Shown piece by piece: positions 1-13,987 of a stretch of DNA of 64,000 bases. The notes under the pieces were generated by a model. That model did no database searches. It saw only the letters and a list, made by a program, of their open reading frames with translations, and was not told the DNA's origin. The position numbers and the translations under genes are program-made. Each line of letters opens with the position of its first letter. Positions within the stretch are counted from its first letter, which is position 1. Source of the stretch: Nemertoderma westbladi (lineage: Eukaryota > Animalia > Xenacoelomorpha); contig JAUCBJ010007997.1 in NCBI GenBank assembly GCA_032718475.1, forward strand, positions 1 to 64,000, read 5' to 3'.

Positions 1-1361
1 AGAAGACATCTTAATTTGGTGGGTTAAACTGCCAAAGGTCTGAAAGCGCGAACACTAATACTGTAAGAAAAACTCAAAACGAAACATTGGGCAATCTTCC
101 GTCTGTACAAAATACAATTATTATTGTTGTAATAAATTAGGCGCCTAAGCAGGGCAGCCTACTAAGTAATAACGAATGAGAACCCAATGTCTTAATGTTG
201 TCAATGTGGAGCAGACAGCTCTCTTAATTCTGTAATTACACTGCTACTTACTTTACCTCCACACTGAACCTCAAATAGGATGTTGTCTTTGCAACGATAT
301 TCTGGGCTTGGCTAGCCAGTGTGTTATTTTATTTAGTAGTATATTTTGTATGTTAATAAAACACTGTTAGCAAGAAATGTATCTTCTCCTACAATTCTAA
401 ATCAAATAAAGCGAAATTTTGCAGAAAGCATGTCCAATAGATGCTACATATGTCAGTATGGGGTGTCGACAGAATTTTGATTAAGTGAATTCTACGATTA
501 TGATCGGTCATTCTAGAATTAATTTCACTGTTGCTAGGCAACCAACAGTTCCCTCGCAACCAAAACCTTGCATACCCAACTACTGTAGGTCTGATAATGA
601 ACCTTATCATAAAAGTATCAACCAATTAATTCAACATTATGTGCAAGAAAAGTTGTGTGTACAAACACACAAACAAAACACTTGTGAGAAATACTGTAGG
701 GACATCCATATATTGGATCGCCTTCCAACGTCTACAAAAACAATATATTCCATATAAAAACGTATATTATAACAAAATAAATTCAGTTATTCTGCCCTCG
801 TGTGTGTTGAATTTTCCACTCGTTAACATTTTAACACTCGCTTCGCTCACGTGCTAAAACTCGTGTAAACTCAACCACTCGGACAGACTAGTTGAATATT
901 TCCCTAAATTGAAAATGAGAAGATGATTTTCCGCTTACTTTTTTTATCATCGGATAATAGTCCTTAAATTGACACCCACCTGCCCACCCCGCAATGTATA
1001 ATTAATTGTTATTTATATTTTATAAATTTATTTATAGCAATATATATAATATATTTTTAGCAATTTATCTTGTCTCCATGTCTTCATTTTCATTTTGGCA
1101 TAATGGTACTGCCAGACTGCAGCTGAACTGGCTGTGGCTGACTGGTGCAGTGGTGTGGTCACTGTGGTACCGGTACCATGCTGACATGTACAACAAAATC
1201 CTCAATGCTGCAATGAATTCATGGAATTGTGCGATTTTGCAAAAAATGTTGGACTCTTAATTTGTTTGGATAGGCCTATTACTTCTGTACTTACTGTTAT
1301 TGTGTTGACTGCAGTTTTGTATTGCAGCAGTACCGGTGACTGCAGGACTGTCTGACTTACA

Positions 1362-1963
1362 ATGAAGATGGCCCAAGCGATCCGAACATTAGAGCACTCA
1401 ACTCTGAAACTTCCTTACGAATCGATGAACAAAAAGTTCCGTTCGACCCAGAAAGTATTAGACCGCGAAATTAGTCATGTGAGCGGAGCGATTGCGGTGT
1501 TGGATACGAGGTTGGCGGTGGTTGAGACCGTTAAAGAGCAGCTGAAGGATGAAACCGTTAAAGAGCAGCTGAAAGATGAAACAGTTAAAAATGATGTCAA
1601 GGTGGAAAACAATGACGAGGAATCTAAGGAAGATACAGCTACCGGTAAATATGAACTGAATGGACAAGAAAATCTTCAAGAGGATCACAAGAATGAAGGG
1701 AAAGATATCGTTAACGAAGATAAAAACTCAAGGAAGGGTGTTGATAACGGGTCAGTTGTGGCTCTAATAGACGGAGTTGTAGAGAAACTGATATCTCTGA
1801 AACGGAAGTCCGTAGAGGCATTCGAAGATGAGATGGCAGCGGCGACTTGTTGTCTCAAACGGGTAGTCCATCTTAAAGGACACGATGAGGTCTGGAGTAA
1901 GAACGGATTGGCCGATTGGAAAGCCAAGCGGTTTGATAGGATGCTAGTAGATTACTTTCTCAG
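1362..1963 (+). CDS. MAEA: MAEA (macrophage erythroblast attacher / GID9-FYV10, CTLH E3 ligase subunit), coding exon 1
   Basis: Translation LEHSTLKLPYESMNKKFRSTQKVLDREISHV ... VVALIDGVVEKLISLKRKSVE ... WKAKRFDRMLVDYFLR matches the MAEA N-terminus and start of LisH. Donor CAG|GTACCC at 1963/1964 (phase 2) joins in frame to exon 2. Confidence 0.93.
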
Positions 1964-3008
1964 GTACCCAATCAGCCAATATTGTTCTGTTGTTGGTATA
2001 CCCGTTACCGGTACTTACCAGCATACCGACTCCCTCACTAGTACCTACTGTGTGTCGTAGTAAATTATTATTATTCCCGGTTCTGAAATTCCCTAGAATC
2101 ATGAAAATATATTTATCAGTATGTTTCTAGCTGTCTAGAGCCTAGACTCTCTTTTCGTTGTGGTGTATAATAAATACACCACACCATGCGACCGGGAATA
2201 TTTGTATTGTTGTGTCGTAATTCAGGGACCTGGATCCCCCTCCCCAATTGTTCTACAAATCTTAATAAGATTGCATCCTCCTTATCTGCCGTAAGCAGAA
2301 TATTTATTTTCCTTATCAATCTTTAGTTACAAGAGTTTGAAAAAGATGTCTCCGTCAATATTTTTCCTGCTACCCCGCTGTTTTTCATAAACCTTATAGA
2401 GATTTTCTGTTGCAAATGGAAATATGAGCATTCGAAAGTTACAATAAAAATTATGTAACGATAAAGTCAAATAAAACTAATCTATTTCCTGTATGTATAG
2501 GTATAGGATCATGATATTTATTTTTTATTACAAGGGAGAAATTAGAATCTTTTTTCACCCTTCAACACATGCAATAATATTTAAGAAATTCCACCAACAA
2601 TATTTCATTTAACTTTTTGCCCGGAAAAAAAGGTAACAGTTTTAAGTTATTATTAGAAAATTTAATAACTATAATCCCAAGCTAATACTATATTATACAA
2701 ATTTAATTCATTGTGAGTCATAAGTACCGGTACCTCTATAAATAGGTTCCTAAAGAGTTCCGCTGGTTGGGAGCAAAAATAAAACCTTTGTACTGCAACC
2801 GTAACCTGTCCTCTATTGACTCTTGTTTATTATTTTGGTTAGAATAACGCGCCACTGATCATGGTTTCTTTCCCTGTATGGTGTATGGATTATTACATTC
2901 TGTACATTGTTAATTTCCCGTTAGGCATCACACTCCCTCGGCTGTCTTCTTAATGTTATTATATTTATCGCTAAATTTATTATAATATTCGTAATAATCT
3001 AATCCCAG

Positions 3009-3235
3009 GAAGAATTTCTTCGACACCGGTATAAAACTCGCGGAATCCTCTGGGATTCGGGAACTGACAAACATCGATATGTTTATCGTGTCGCGAGAGA
3101 TTGAGGAGTGTCTCCGTGTTGGGGACACGGGTCCCGCGCTTCAGTGGTGTCATGACAACCGCTCGAAACTACGGAGGATCAAATCCAAACTCGAGTTTAA
3201 ACTCAGGGAACAGGAATTCATTGAATTAATTAAAG
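3009..3235 (+). CDS. MAEA: MAEA coding exon 2 (LisH end and CTLH)
   Basis: Not in the ORF track. Acceptor CCCAG|G at 3008/3009; reads (R)KNFFDTGIKLAESSGIRELTNIDMFIVSREIEECLRVGDTGPALQWCHDNRSKLRRIKSKLEFKLREQEFIELIK(G); donor AAG|GTATG at 3235/3236. Phases are compatible with both neighbours. Confidence 0.93.
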
Positions 3236-3244
3236 GTATGGTCT

Positions 3245-6200
3245 GGGACAAGTAATAAGGGACAGAGCGACAGAGTTAATGGGACAAATATTATGGGACA
3301 AGTAATAAGGGACAAATAGTATGGGACAAGTAATGAGGGACAAATAGTATGGGACAAGTAATAAGGGACAAATAGTATGGGACAAACCTAATGGGACAAA
3401 TAGTATGGGACAAGTAATAAGGGACAAATAGTATGGGACAAGTAATAAGGGACAAATAGTATGGGACAAGTAATAAGGGACAAATAGTATGGGATAAGTA
3501 ATAATGGACAAATAGTATGGGACAAATAGTATGGGACAAGTAATAAGGGACAAATAGTATGGGATAAGTAATAATAGACAAATAGTATGGGACAAATAGT
3601 ATGGGACAAGTAATAAGGGACAAATAGTATGGGACAAGTAATAAGGGACAAATAGTATGGGATAAGTAATAATGGACAAATAGTATGGGACAAATAGTAT
3701 GGGACAAGTAATAAGGGACAAATAGTATGGGACAAGTAATAAGGGACAATTAGTATGGGACAAGTAATAAGAGACAAATAGTGGTACAAACATAATGGGA
3801 CAAATAGTATGGGACAAATACTATGTGATAAGTAATAAGGGGCAAATATTATGGGACAAATAGTATGGGACAAGTAATAGGGACAAATAGTATGGGACAA
3901 ACCTAATGGGACAAATAGTATGGGACAAACCTAATGGGACAAATAGTATGGGACAAGTAATAAGGGACAAATAGTATGGAACAAGTAATAAGGGACAACT
4001 AGTATGGGACAAACCTAATGGGACAAATAGTATGGGACAAAAATAATGGGACAAATAGTATGGGACAGTAATAAGGGACAAATAGTATGGGACAAGTAAT
4101 AAGGGACAAATAGTAAGGGACAAGTAATAAGGGACAAATAGTATATGACAAACATAATGGGACAAATAGTATGGGATAAGTAATAAGGGACAAATAGTAT
4201 GGGACAAGTAATAAGGGACAAATAGTGTGGGACAAACATAATGGGACAAATAGTATGGGATAAGTAATAATGGACAAATAGTATGGGACAAATAGTATGG
4301 GACAAGTAATAAGGGACAAATAGTATGGGATAAATAGTATGGGACAATTAGTATGGGACAAGTAATAAGAGACAAATGGTGTGACAAACATAATGGGACA
4401 AATACTATGGGATAAGTAATAAGGGGCAAGTAGTATGGGACAAATAGTATGGGACAAGTAATAAGGGACAAATAGTATGGGACAAACTTACTGGGATAGA
4501 TAGTATCGGACAAGTAAGAAGGGATAAATAAATAAAAAATCTGATCAGTGAATCTGATCAGAAAATGGGATCAGTAATATGGGACAAATAGTATGCGACA
4601 ATTAGTAAGGGACAATTAGTATGGGACAAATAGTATGGGAAAAACCTAATGGGACAAATAGTATGGGACAAGTAAGAAGGGACAAATAGTATGGGACAAA
4701 GCTAATGGGACAAGTAAGAAGGGACAAATTTAATGGGACAAATAGTATGTGACAAACATAATGGGACAAATAGTATGGGACAAATCGTATGGGACAAGTA
4801 ATAAGGGACAAATAGTATGGGACAAGTAATAAGGGACAAATAGTATGGGACAAGTAATAAGAGACAAAGGTAATGGGACAAGTAAGAAGGGACAAATAGT
4901 ATGGGACAAGTAATAAAAGGGACTAATAGTATGGAACAAGTAATAAGGGACAAAGGTAATGGGACAAGTAAGAAGGGACAAATAGTATGGGACAAGTAAT
5001 AAAAGGGACTAATAGTATGGGACAAGTAATAAGGGACAAAGCTAATGGGACAAGTAAGAAGGGACAAATAGTATGGGACAAGTAATAAAAGGGACTAATA
5101 GTATGAGACAAGTAATAAGGGACAAATAGTATGGGACAAGTAAATAAGGGACAAAGGTAATGGGACAAGTAAGAAGGGACAAATAGTATGGGACAAGTAA
5201 TAAAAGGGACTAATAGTATGGGATAAGTAATAATGGACAAATAGTGTGAGACAAGTAAAAAGGGACAAATAGTATGGGATAAGTAAAAAGGGACAAATAG
5301 TATGGGACAAGTAATAAGGGACAAAGCTAAATGGGACAAAGCTAAATGGAAAAAGTAAGAAGGGACAAATCTAATGGGACAAGTAATAAGGACAAAAGCT
5401 AATGGGACAAGCAATAAGGGACAAATACGATGGGACAAACCTAATGGGACAAGTAATAATGGACAAATAGTATGGGACAAGTAATAATGGACAAATAGTA
5501 TGGGACAAGTAATAAGGGACAAAGGTAATGGGACAACTAAGAAGGGACATATCGTATGGGACAAATAGTATGGGACAAGTACGAAGGGACAAATCGAATG
5601 GGACAATAATATGGGACAAGTAATAAGGGACAAATAATATGGGACAAACCTAATGGGACAAATAGTATGGGACAAGTAATAAGGGACAAATAATATGGGA
5701 CAAGTAATAAGGGACAAATAGTATGGGACAAGTTAGAAGGGATAAATAGTATGGGACAAGTAATAAGGGACAAAGCTAAATGGGACAAGTAATAAGGGAC
5801 AAAGCTAAATGGGTCAAGTAAGAAGGGACAAATCTAATGGGACAAGTAATAAGGACAAAAGCTAAATTGGACAAGTAAGAAGGGACAAATCGAATGGGAC
5901 AAATATTATGGGACAAGTAATAAGGAAAAAAGCTAATGGGACAAGTAATAATAGACAAATAGTATGGGACAAGTAATAAGGGACAAATAGTATGGGACAA
6001 GTAATAAGGGACAAAGGTAATGGGACAACTAAGAAGGGACATATCGTATGGGACAAATAGTATGGGACAAGTACGAAGGGACAAATCGAATGGGACAATA
6101 ATATGGGACAAGTAATAAGGGACAAATAATATGGGACAAACCTAATGGGACAAATAGTATGGGACAAGTAATAAGGGACAAATAATATGGGACAAGTAAT

Positions 6201-9200
6201 AAGGGACAAATAGTATGGGACAAGTTAGAAGGGATAAATAGTATGGGACAAGTAATAAGGGACAAAGCTAAATGGGACAAGTAATAAGGGACAAAGCTAA
6301 ATGGGTCAAGTAAGAAGGGACAAATCTAATGGGACAAGTAATAAGGACAAAAGCTAAATGGGACAAGTAAGAAGGGACAAATCGAATGGGACAAATATTA
6401 TGGGACAAGTAATAAGGAAAAAAGCTAATGGGACAAGTAATAATAGACAAATAGTATGGGACAAGTAATAAGGGACAATAAGTATGGGACAAGTAATAAG
6501 GGACAAAGCTAAATGGGACAAGTAATAAGGGACAAAGCTAAATGGGTCAAGTAAGAAGGGACAAATCTAATGGGACAAGTAATAAGGACAAAAGCTAAAT
6601 GGGACAAGTAAGAAGGGTCAAATAGTATGGCACAAGTAATAAGGGACAAAGCTAATGGGACTAGTATGAAGGGACAAATCTAATGGGACAAATATTATGG
6701 GACAAGTACTAAGGAAAATAGCTAATGGGACAAGTAATAAGCGATAAATAGTATGTGATGATTAATAAGGAACATATAGTATGGGACAAACCTAATCGGA
6801 CAAATAGTATGGGACAAACCTAATGGGACAAATATTATGGGACAAGTAATAAGGAAAAAAGCTAATGGGACAAGTAATAAGGGACAAAGCTAAATGGGTC
6901 AAGTAAGAAGAAGGGACAAATCTAATGGGACAAGTAATAAGGACAAAAGCTAAATGGGACAAGTAAGAAGGGACAAGTAAGAAGGGTCAAATAGTATGGG
7001 ACAAGTAATAAGGGACAAAGCTAATGGGACTAGTATGAAGGGACAAATCTAATGGGACAAATATTATGGGACAAGTACTAAGGAAAATAGCTAATGGGAC
7101 AAGTAATAAGCGATAAATAGTATGTGATGATTAATAAGGGACAAATATATAGTATCGGACAAGTAACTTAAGGGACAAATAGTATGGGACAAACCTAATG
7201 GGACAAATAGTATGGGACAAGTAATAAGGGACAAATAGTATGGGACAAACCTAATGGGACAAATAGTATGGGACAAACCTATGGGACAAATAGTATGGGA
7301 CAAGTAATAATGGACAAATAGTATGGGACAAGTAATAATGGACAAATAGTATGGGACAAGTAATAAGGGACAAAGGTAATGGGACAACTAAGAAGGGACA
7401 TATCGTATGGGACAAATAGTATGGGACAAGTACGAAGGGACAAATCGAATGGGACAATAATATGGGACAAGTAATAAGGGACAAATAATATGGGACAAAC
7501 CTAATGGGACAAATAGTATGGGACAAGTAATAAGGGACAAATAATATGGGACAAGTAATAAGGGACAAATAGTATGGGACAAGTTAGAAGGGATAAATAG
7601 TATGGGACAAGTAATAAGGGACAAAGCTAAATGGGACAAGTAATAAGGGACAAAGCTAAATGGGTCAAGTAAGAAGGGACAAATCTAATGGGACAAGTAA
7701 TAAGGACAAAAGCTAAATTGGACAAGTAAGAAGGGACAAATCGAATGGGACAAATATTATGGGACAAGTAATAAGGAAAAAAGCTAATGGGACAAGTAAT
7801 AATAGACAAATAGTATGGGACAAGTAATAAGGGACAAATAGTATGGGACAAGTAATAAGGGACAAAGGTAATGGGACAACTAAGAAGGGACATAGCGTAT
7901 GGGACAAATAGTATGGGACAAGTACGAAGGGACAAATCGAATGGGACAATAATATGGGACAAGTAATAAGGGACAAATAATATGGGACAAACCTAATGGG
8001 ACAAATAGTATGGGACAAGTAATAAGGGACAAATAATATGGGACAAGTAATAAGGGACAAATAGTATGGGACAAGTTAGAAGGGATAAATAGTATGGGAC
8101 AAGTAATAAGGGACAAAGCTAAATGGGACAAGTAATAAGGGACAAAGCTAAATGGGTCAAGTAAGAAGGGACAAATCTAATGGGACAAGTAATAAGGACA
8201 AAAGCTAAATGGGACAAGTAAGAAGGGACAAATCGAATGGGACAAATATTATGGGACAAGTAATAAGGAAAAAAGCTAATGGGACAAGTAATAATAGACA
8301 AATAGTATGGGACAAGTAATAAGGGACAAATAGTATGGGACAAGTAATAAGGGACAAAGCTAAATGGGACAAGTAATAAGGGACAAAGCTAAATGGGTCA
8401 AGTAAGAAGGGACAAATCTAATGGGACAAGTAATAAGGACAAAAGCTAAATGGGACAAGTAAGAAGGGTCAAATAGTATGGCACAAGTAATAAGGGACAA
8501 AGCTAATGGGACTAGTATGAAGGGACAAATCTAATGGGACAAATATTATGGGACAAGTACTAAGGAAAATAGCTAATGGGACAAGTAATAAGCGATAAAT
8601 AGTATGTGATGATTAATAAGGAACATATAGTATGGGACAAACCTAATCGGACAAATAGTATGGGACAAACCTAATGGGACAAATATTATGGGACAAGTAA
8701 TAAGGAAAAAAGCTAATGGGACAAGTAATAAGGGACAAAGCTAAATGGGTCAAGTAAGAAGAAGGGACAAATCTAATGGGACAAGTAATAAGGACAAAAG
8801 CTAAATGGGACAAGTAAGAAGGGACAAGTAAGAAGGGTCAAATAGTATGGGACAAGTAATAAGGGACAAAGCTAATGGGACTAGTATGAAGGGACAAATC
8901 TAATGGGACAAATATTATGGGACAAGTACTAAGGAAAATAGCTAATGGGACAAGTAATAAGCGATAAATAGTATGTGATGATTAATAAGGGACAAATATA
9001 TAGTATCGGACAAGTAACTTAAGGGACAAATAGTATGGGACAAACCTAATGGGACAAATAGTATGGGACAAGTAATAAGGGACAAATAGTATGGGACAAA
9101 CCTAATGGGACAAATAGTATGGGACAAACCTATGGGACAAATAGTATGGGACAAGTAATAAGGGACAAATAATATGGGACAAGTAACTTAAGGGACAAAT

Positions 9201-10411
9201 AGTATGGGACAAACCTAATGGGACAAATAGTATGGGACAAATAGTATGGGACAAACCTAATGGGACAAATAGTATGGGACAAACCTAATGGGACAAATAG
9301 TATGGGACAAGTAATAAGGGACAAATAATATGGGACAAGTAATAAGGGACAAATAGTATGGGACAAATAGTATGGGACAAGTTAGAAGGGATAAATAGTA
9401 TGGGACAAGTAATAAGGGACAAAGCTAAATGGGACAAGTAATAAGGGATAAAGCTAAATGGGTCAAGTAAGAAGGGACAAATCTAATGGGACAAGTAATA
9501 AAAGGGACTAATAGTATGGGACAAGTAATAAGGGACAAAGGTAATGGGACTAGTATGAAGGGACAAATCTAAAGGGACAAATATTATGGGACAAGTACTA
9601 AGGAAAATAGCTAAAGGGGACAAGTAATAAGGGACCAATAGTATGGGACAATTAATAAGGAACAAATAGTATGGGACAAACCTAATCGGACAAATAGTAT
9701 GGGACAAACCTAATGGGACAATAGTATGGGCAAGTAATAAGAGACAAATAGTATGATGGGACAAACCTAATGGGATAGCCTAAGTAATAAGGGACAAATA
9801 GTATGGGACAAACCTAATCGGACAAATAGTATGGGACAAACCTAATGGGACAATAGTATGGGCGGGCAAGTAATAAGAGACAAATAGTATGATGGGACAA
9901 ACCTAATGGGATAGCCTAAGTAATAAGGGACAAATAGTATGGGACAAACCTAATGCGACAAATAATATGGGACAAACCTAATGGAACAAACTTAATGGGA
10001 CAAATAGTATGGGACAAGTAATAAGGGACAAAGCTAATGGGACAGACAAGTAATACGGGACGAATAGGATGGGACAAGTAATAAGGAACAAAGTTAATGG
10101 GACAAGTAATAAGGGGCAAATAGTATGAGACAAGTAATAAGGGACAAATAGTATGGGACAAGTAATAAGGGACAAATAGTATGGGACAAGTAATAAGGGA
10201 CAAATAGTATGGGACAAGTAATAAGGGACAAAGCTAATGGGACAAATAGTATGGGACAAGTAATAAGGGACAAAGCTAATGGGACAAATAGTAAGGGAGA
10301 AATAGTATGGGACAAGTAATAAGGGACAAATAGTATGTGACAAGTAATAAGGGACAAATAGTATGGGACAAGTAATAAGGGACAAATAGTATGGATGGGA
10401 CAAGTAATAAG
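3245..10411. repeat. Intronic minisatellite, 14-bp GGGACAA-core units (GGGACAAATAGTAT / GGGACAAGTAATAA) with higher-order duplications
   Basis: Directly visible; starts about 9 nt after the exon 2 donor. Near-identical spurious ORFs recur at offsets of 492 and 1851 bp. Confidence 0.95.
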
Positions 10412-10650
10412 TAGGGATGTCCCGGAATTCCGTTCCGGCCGGAATTCCGGCGGTTTTTGCCCGATTCCGGTTCCGGCCGGAATTGCCGGAATGGGGTCAA
10501 TTCCGGCCGGAATTTTACCGGAATTACCAGGTTCCTAACAAGTTTGATAGTTGCAATTAGTTTGTTAAATTATTATCAACATTTATATTTTTTAAACAAT
10601 ATTACCAATTAGTTTAAGATACTTTTCAACACTTGTAAAAAAGTATAGAA

Positions 10651-10749
10651 ATAAAGTTTTCTTCGACCGTTAGAGCTAACATTTGGATGCAAGGCATAGA
10701 TACCCCCTGGTTAGCCCCTTCAAACCATTCGTGCCGAATCGAAAACTGC
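10651..10749 (-). mobile_element. Internally deleted relic of the same SINE family as 50984..51279
   Basis: Shares blocks TTTTCTTCGxCCGxTAG, GGATGCAAGGC and CATTCGTGCCGAAxCGAAAACTGC, in the same order, with the full copy. Confidence 0.55.
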
Positions 10750-10769
10750 ATTTATGAAATGCATCATTA

Positions 10770-11122
10770 GGCCCCCGTGCTCCACTGGTAAGTCGTAAGT
10801 CGTTTTCAGATATTGTCTTTGTCAGAATGTCAAAATGAATGCCTCATTGCTCCATTGGTAACACAAGTCAAGTCATTTGATAAAAAATATAAGATGCGTC
10901 TCACATTCACTGCATATTTATACCCAAAGTAACCAATCACAGGCCTCTTGCCGGATATAACACATGATTCATATGTCAAAAGATGGAACATGGGACATAA
11001 TCACTTTCGACCCATAAGTCGTAACTTACGACTTACCAGTGGAGACGCTCCTATTGAAACCAATGTGTTCCATAATTTATTCTGACTAAGACTACATAAG
11101 ACTTACCAGTGGAGCACGGGCC
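10770..11122. mobile_element. PIF/Harbinger (Tourist-like) MITE nested in the hAT element
   Basis: TIRs GGCCC(CC)GTGCTCCACTGGTAAGTC / GACTTACCAGTGGAGCACGGGCC; 3-bp TSD TTA at 10767-10769 and 11123-11125; 353 bp, non-coding. Confidence 0.8.
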
Positions 11123-12047
11123 TTAAATAGTGGTTTTTCCAATTTGCTTATAAGATGGTGTTTTTTAGATTGATTTTACATTATTTTACATTGATCTTAC
11201 AATATTTTACATTGAATTTAAATTATTTTACATTGATTTTATATTATTTTACTTTGCATTAATTATTAAATAATATGATAATTACAGGAGGCTAAATAAA
11301 TTGCTAACCTTGTAAAGTTAGCAATGAAACTCGATTAACGATTAACACAATTACAATTATGTACTACTTTAACCTAAAACTAATATAAATATTAAACGTT
11401 ATTACAATACGTACAGGTCCTGAGAGTGGTCGTTAGTTCAGTTCTGCGTCGTAGGTGCTGCATAATATAGTAGTTTTGTTTCTATTTACAGTAAAGCCAT
11501 TTCTTATCATAAATCTATTTATTCCCAGCAATAATTAAACTGTAACATGTACTATTTATTGGCCTCGTTTATTGTTTTGGTTCGAATAACATGTCACTGT
11601 AACATGGCCCTTTTCCTTAAAGACACCAGGATATTGCACCAAAGGACCTAATGACGCGAAACCAAAGGTTTTTGGTTAACGTACTGTAGGTTTTTAGGTA
11701 TGAGTCTAAATGCTAAAAACCTAACTTTTTGCCAAGGTTATCGATTTTAGAAATATATGATATTGAATAATATAAGTACCATCCCGTCCCCATAACGGCC
11801 CAGGCCATTCTCCACTCCACCCACCTTAATTCCCCCAAGGTTCTGATTCATCTCATTATCAAACTTAGCTGTAGAAATTAAAAATATTCATTTGTTTCAT
11901 AAAATATTATAAAATTTTCTGGGTCATTTAGTGTATTTCACTAATTATAGAAAATTCCGGTTCCGGCCGGAATTCCGGCCGGAATATTCCGGCATGTTGA
12001 ATTCCGGTTCCGGCCGGAATCAAAATATCGATTCCGGGACATCCCTA

Positions 12048-12849
12048 GTAATAAGGGACAAATAGTATGGGACAAGTAATAAGGGACAAATAGTATGGGA
12101 CAAGTAATAAGGGACAAATAGTATGGGACAAGTAATCAGGGACAAATAGTATGGGACAAGTAATAAGGGACAAATAGTATGGGACAAGTAAGAAGGGACA
12201 AATAGTATGGGATAAGTAATAAGGGACAAATAGTATGGGACAAGTAATAAGGGACAAATAGTATGGGACAAGTAATAAGGGACAAATAGTATGGGATAAG
12301 TAATAAGGTACAAATTGTATGGGACAAGTAATAAGGGACAAATAGTATGGGACAAGTAATAAGGGACAAATAGTATGGGACAAGTAATAAGGGACAAATA
12401 GTATGGGACAAGTAATCAGGGACAAATAGTATGGGACAAGTAATAAGGGACAAATAGTATGGGACAAGTAATCAGGGACAAATAGTATGGGACAAGTAAT
12501 AAGGGACAAATAGTATGGGACAAGTAATCAGGGACAAATAGTATGGGACAAGTAATAAGGGACAAATAGTATGGGACAAGTAAGAAGGGACAAATAGTAT
12601 GGGACAAGTAATAAGGGACAAATAGTATGGGACAAGTAATCAGGGACAAATAGTATGGGACAAGTAATAAGGGACAAATAGTATGGGACAAGTAAGAAGG
12701 GACAAATAGTATGGGATAAGTAATAAGGTACAAATTGTATGGGACAAGTAAGAAGGGACAAATAGTATGGGATAAGTAATAAGGTACAAATTGTATGGGA
12801 CAAGTAAGAAGGGACAAATAGTATGGGACATGTAATAAGGAACAAACCC
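12048..12849. repeat. Continuation of the GGGACAA minisatellite (homogeneous 28-bp dimer)
   Basis: GGGACAAATAGTATGGGACAAGTAATAA tandem copies resume in register after the hAT TSD. Confidence 0.95.
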
Positions 12850-13987
12850 ACATTAAATTGCGGCAATTCATTGTGTTCCCGTTTGCTACGCACAGAAGTG
12901 ACAGTAAGTCCAGAGTCCTTTAGTCTCGCTCAGATAGGCAAGCTTGTTTTCTAGAATTCCGATTGAATATTGGCTATATCAACTACTTTTGGAGAATTTT
13001 CACATTCTTTGTCAATTTATTTGCAATCATGCAGACCTCGATAGCAGCTACTATGTTTTGAAATTGTCTACCATCCAGAGTTGAAACAGAGACAAGTCTC
13101 TGTTTCAACACTACACCATCATTTGTAGAGCCTTGGAGAGTAGTTGGAATGCGGTAGGTTAGGCCGTGCCGTGCCTATAGCATGGGAAAATTTTTTTACT
13201 AAACAATTTTGATTACTGATGCCTTTTGTCAAGCTAGCTACAAACATAATTTCTAAATTACATTTGACTTTAAAATAATGTATATAATCTGTGCGGTGAG
13301 CTACCAGTTCATTCTCGCATTGGTTTCCGTCGAGATTTTAACTGCGAAACCCCAGAGATCATATCTGATCTACAACTGATCTTTATACTTCACCTGTATT
13401 TTCCAATACACATCGCCCATGTGAAGAATACCAGGTTTTCACTTTTCGGTCGAAATTCTACTGGAATTTTATATGAAGAATTTGTAATTTTCCTTACTTT
13501 TCCTTATTAAGTGTTTTATAGTTCTTATTTATTCTGTACCAGTATAGACATATAACCAGTATAGATACTTCAGCCCTTCTGAAACCTGTGATTTTAGTGA
13601 AAACCTGATTGTACACATGGGGGGAAACTGCAAAGTGAAATATAACAGTAGTAAATCTGGCATAATTGACAGGGGCCATACACATTTCCATAATTAGACA
13701 AGCATTGAAGGTTAAGAGTTGAGAGACCAAATTTGGCGGTCACAAAAAATCTACCTTTTTAAGTTTGTACATTATAGTGGCACAACGGTGAGCCAATTAT
13801 ATAAAGAAATATGTTTTCCATTGTTTACTGCTCAAAAGCTCGCGAACTTTTTCTAAAAAGTATTTAACAAAATCCAAACCTTTATTAACTTATTTTAAAC
13901 TCTAACCAAAAAATCACACCCTGTGGCTCTTCAGTTAGTTCGATCTTTAATTTTGCTTCGACTTTATCGTTCCTTTTTATATCACAG

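Larger units (their letters stand above)
10412..12047. mobile_element. Non-autonomous hAT-superfamily DNA transposon (Ac-like ends)
   Basis: Perfect 17-bp TIR TAGGGATGTCCCGGAAT / ATTCCGGGACATCCCTA; 8-bp TSD GTAATAAG at 10404-10411 and 12048-12055; subterminal CCGGAATTCCGG repeats at both ends; no transposase ORF. Confidence 0.88.

Noticed and set aside
458-484. ATG GGG TGT (MGC) as the acylated N-terminus of the globin X-like gene
   Set aside because: Stop after 8 codons with no convincing donor before it; likely chance.
780-905. ACTCG-rich segment (CACTCGCTTCGCTCACGTG) resembling the end of a Crypton-like non-autonomous element
   Set aside because: No boundaries or second copy in the window; cannot support a call.
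3230-12893. Dozens of minus-strand ORFs (YYLSHTICP...)
   Set aside because: Translations of the intronic minisatellite, open in all frames, antisense to MAEA; no coding evidence.
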